A stretch of DNA of 64,000 bases from Gekko japonicus (Eukaryota), in assembly GCF_001447785.1 (NCBI RefSeq), contig NW_015166451.1:279030-343029 (forward strand), in the 5' to 3' direction. The translations under genes were made by a program, and so were the position numbers. Below the pieces are notes generated by a model that did not search any database, had not been told where the DNA came from, and saw only the letters and a list, made by a program, of their open reading frames with translations. Positions 60,280-64,000 of this stretch are shown here, piece by piece. Position 1 is the stretch's first letter. Each line of letters begins with the position of its first letter.

Positions 60280-60507
60280 GGCCGAGGGAACAGGCGGCCG
60301 CGTTTCTGAGGGAAGCGTCGCCCGGCCTGGAGGCGGAAAGAGAAGGGCGGCCTTAGCCGCAGCAGCAGCACCGGCCTGGGCGGGCGGCGGGAAGCGGAAG
60401 AGCCTCCTCCGCCGGAGGAGGAGCCTGATGCCGCGGCGCGGGGCTTTCGAAGGAAGACGGGAGGCGGCGATTGCTGAGGGGGCGGCGGGCCGGGCCGGGC
60501 CACCACA

Positions 60508-60568
60508 ATGGACCGCTACCTTCTCTTCATGAGCTGGCGAGGCGAGGGGGGACCCGAAGGCCCCTCAG
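60508..60568 (+). CDS. MTBP: MTBP (Mdm2-binding protein) coding exon 1
   Basis: MDRYLLFMSWRGEGGPEGPS resembles the human N-terminus MDRYLLLVIWGEG; donor CAG|gtgaag; conserved head-to-head synteny with MRPL13. Exon 2 was not identified in the window. Confidence 0.85.
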
Positions 60569-60859
60569 GTGAAGCCTCAAGACGGAATGGGGGGCGTGGA
60601 GGGGAGGGGGGGGAATAGCAGCGGCTGTCTGAGGGAAACTTGTCTGTTCGCAGGTACCGGGTACCGGGGCGGGTGGGGGGGATGTTTAAGCGGTGTTAGT
60701 TCGTCTGTTGCAGGAAAAATAGCCGCGAATCTTGTGGCAGTTTGGAGGTAGGAAGTGCCCTTGAAGCCGCAGCCGACCCTTGCAGGTAGATCAAGATGGG
60801 TAGCCGCGTTAGTCTGCCCGGTAGGTAGCAGGAGAAAAGAGTGAGAGTCCAGTAGCGCC

Positions 60860-61410
60860 TTTGTTGTTGTTGTTGTTCAGTCGCACAGTCGAGTCCGACT
60901 CTTCGCGACCCCATGGACCAGACCCCGCCAGGCCCTCCTGTCCTCCGCCGTCCTCTGACGTTGGCTCGACTTCATGTTCGTTGCACCTATGACCAATGTT
61001 CCCTCTAAGCTGTGGAGTCTTGTGAGCAAAAATTCTACTTTGTGAGCTCTTGGCATTCAGGTTGTGAGCGAGCGATTTGGCTGCTGCGGAAATTAATTTG
61101 CTCTGGAGCCATCCTTCCTGAGCTAAGATAAAAATGTGTGAGCCGGAGGCTAAAAAACTGTGAGCTGGCTCACACTAACTCAGCTTAGAGGGGACACTGT
61201 CTACGACACTGTCTAACCATCTCATCCTTTGCCGTCCCCGTCTTCTTTGACCTTCAATCTTTCCCAGCTTCAGGGTCTTCTCCAGGGAGTGCTCCCTTCT
61301 CATTGGGTGGCCAAAGTATTTGAGCTTCAGTTTCATTATCTGGCCTTCCAGGGAACAGTCAGGGTTGATTCCCTTTAGGGTTGACTGATTTGATCTTCTT
61401 GCAGTCCAGG
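60860..61410 (-). mobile_element. BovB 3' fragment with a nested hAT MITE (60994-61199)
   Basis: Reverse complement of the 22895 fragment. The MITE has TSD cctatgac/tctacgac. Confidence 0.9.
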
Positions 61411-62609
61411 GGCCTTAAAGACTAACAAAATTTCTGGCAGGGTGGGAGCTTTTTTGTGAGTCACCGCTCACTTCTTCAGATCAGGCAAGAAGTTACAGAG
61501 ACGTACATTATCCATATGGAGATAGACCAAGATGGGTAGCCGGGTTAGTATCTCTCTAGCAGTAGAAAAAGAGCAAGAGTCCAGGAGCACCCGAAAGACT
61601 AACAACATTTGTACCAGACAGCTTTTGGGAAATGGAGGCTGCCGGCATCTGTCTGTTTCATCCTTTGAGATGCTCGGAAACCTTTGTCTGTTCATTCCAT
61701 TTGTATCCTGCCACATTGCTTTAGAAATGCTCCAAGGAAACCAACATAAAGTTAAAAACAAACCAGGAAGGCAACTAGCAGCAGGGTTTCTTTACAGGGG
61801 GCTGGCAAGGGAGAAGACCCCATGTGGTGCATTTGCATTAACCATGTGTGTGTGAGTGTGAAGTGCCTTCAAGTTGCTCCCAACTTTGCATTCATCCTAA
61901 AATGCATTTATGTTTAAAAATGGGGGGGGGGACGCCAGAAGGTGTCCTCGCCTAGTGTGCAAAAAAACCTGAGCTTTTTGAGTCACTGCTCACCTCTTCA
62001 GATATCTGAAGAAATGAGCAGTGACTCACAAAAGCTCCTACCCTACTACAAATATTTTGTTAGTCTTTAAGGTGCTACTGGGCTCTTGCTCTTTTGTACC
62101 AACCCCGTAGGGTTTGCAACCCGGGGATCTCCTGGGATTACAGCTCATCTCCAGGCTACAGAAATTAGTTCCCCTGGGGGGAATGGGTGCTTTGGAGGGT
62201 GGCCTCTAGGGCATTGTATCCCACTGAGGTCCCTGTCCTCCCCTGGCTCTACCTCCAAATCTCCAGGGATCTCCCAAACTGGATTGGGCAATCCTAGCCC
62301 CCCCCCCACTCCTCCCGCTGGTGGCCAGGGGGGGGACCTGGCAACCCTATTTTCAAGTCAGGAGATGAGCAGAGGCAGTTTGCCATTGCCTGCCATTGCA
62401 TAGCAACCCTGGACTTTTCTTGGTGGTCTCCTGACCAAGTCCTAAGCAGGGCTGAAACTGCTTAGGTTCCAAGATCTGAGGAGATTGGGCTAGCTTGGGC
62501 CATCCAGGTCAGGGCTGTGACATCTTAAAAGGCTAACAAGATGTTATTCCAGCAGACGGGTTTGTGTATTTCTTAAACCTTAAGTATTTCCTGCCTTTTC
62601 AGATAGAAC

Positions 62610-63146
62610 TAGGGATGTAAAATTTCCGGAAATTTTGAAGCTCAGAAAAAAAAACCTTTTCCCCCCAGTTTTTTTCGGGGGGAAAACGGAAATTTTTGGG
62701 GAAATTGAAAAAAATGCTACATTAGCATTTCTTTTGTCTTTTCTAGATTGAAAGTCATTCTGTTACTTTAGGAACATAAAATATGACTATGGACATTTTT
62801 ACTTGGCATGAAATTATCACAACTAGCATATTAAAAATATAGTGTATCCAAACAATTATTACAAACAGAATACCCACCCACATGCAAAAACAAAACTGAA
62901 ACTTTTTTATTTTCTTCTGACAATCGCACCTCCTAAAGGAAGAAATGCATCTTGTTCTTGCATTGGAGAGTTCAGTTTGTAACCTAGGACTTAATTGTCC
63001 TCAGCCATAAACTTTTTTTTTCTTTTCTTTTTTCAATTTTTCCAATTTTTTGGAAAAAAACAAAAAAAGCCTGCAGGAAAAAAACGGGAAAAAAGCTGTT
63101 TTTTCCCCGAATTTTTCCGGTTTTTTTCCGGGCCTTCACATCTCTA
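62610..63146. mobile_element. hAT-type non-autonomous element (TAGGGATGT TIR)
   Basis: tagggatgtaaa / ttcacatctcta; subterminal ttccggaa repeats; perfect TSD gatagaac (62602-62609, 63147-63154). Confidence 0.88.
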
Positions 63147-64000
63147 GATAGAACCAGTGGACCCCCTCTGTGCACACATTTTCGGTAACAGGCATTATGC
63201 AAAATGGCACTATAGAGAGAAAAATAAAACTGAAGTCCAGCGGCACCTTAAAAACTAACAACATTTGCTTTGTCTAAGATGCTTTTGTTTTATTTTGTTA
63301 CAGCCAACTACAGTTATGGGTAGTAAGAAGCCCATCACAGAATTTGAAGAAATGGTTTATAGTCGATAAAAACTTGTGCTGGATCAACAACATCTATTGT
63401 ATTTGTTTGTAGAGTTCCAGAACAGTCAGTGTGTTTCAACAAGAGCAGACAGAAATCTTGTTGCCTCTTAATAACACTAACACATTTTTAATCCTAGCAG
63501 AGGCTTTTGTGGGATAGGGTCTGTTTTTTTCAGGTGTGATGAATATGACTATGCAGATGTGTAGGAGATATCGACCCTGTTCTATGTGTGTCATAGCTGA
63601 ACCAGTAAGACTTGCATGACTGAATGTTCCTTCAAAAGTTCCTTACTCATAGCAAACTAGCATGTCAGTACTCTTCTACCTGAGATGTTAGCTTTCTGTG
63701 TGCAGGAAATTTTTTGTACAGAAGGTCTTTCGATCATGTGAAGCCTTGTGTGCACTCTAAAGTGGTACAGCCCAGACATAAGGGTACCACCTAATTCATT
63801 CTTTATGAGGCCTGGGTCTGTGGCTTTTAAATCATGTCGGGGCTCAGTCCTTCAGTCTATACAATAAGCATTGGCTGATCTTGAATACTAATTGAATTGG
63901 ATATGCAATAAGAATAGATGAAACTAAGTCCCAATACATGAGCATGCATGCTGCTGGACATTAATGGTTTGAATGTACAGACTTTTGTTCATCTGATGTT

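Larger units (their letters stand above)
60140..60960. promoter_or_regulatory. CpG island / bidirectional MRPL13-MTBP promoter
   Basis: High GC and CpG content; divergent ATGs 228 bp apart; GC boxes, E2F-like ggcgggaa (60386-60393), ETS-like cggaag (60395-60400). Confidence 0.88.

Noticed and set aside
60600-64000. MTBP exon 2
   Set aside because: No acceptor-bounded frame resembling MTBP was found. The ag at 62601 abuts a hAT insertion; the exon probably lies beyond the window.

Overview
Vertebrate genomic DNA from a squamate reptile, probably a gecko (judged from Sauria SINEs, Squam3-like SINEs, BovB and hAT MITEs). It covers the conserved COL14A1 - MRPL13 - MTBP neighbourhood. Present are the 3' end of COL14A1 (+), with at least two and possibly four alternative NC1 endings; a complete 7-exon MRPL13 (-; 178 aa); and MTBP exon 1 (+), which shares a CpG-island bidirectional promoter with MRPL13. 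The most notable element is an intact single-exon 520-aa ITPRIP/ITPRIPL1-like gene (Mab-21/cGAS-like fold, degenerate catalytic motif) nested on the same strand in MRPL13 intron 4. It has a splice acceptor in frame with MRPL13 exons 1 and 4, so chimeric transcripts are possible. A 69-bp CpG-dense patch encodes a bacterial-type GH116 peptide (contaminant chimera or micro-HGT). The rest is transposon-rich, with several elements delimited by TIRs and TSDs, two solo LTRs, Penelope remnants carrying hammerhead cores, local tandem duplications and three assembly gaps. All calls were made by eye; no searches were run.
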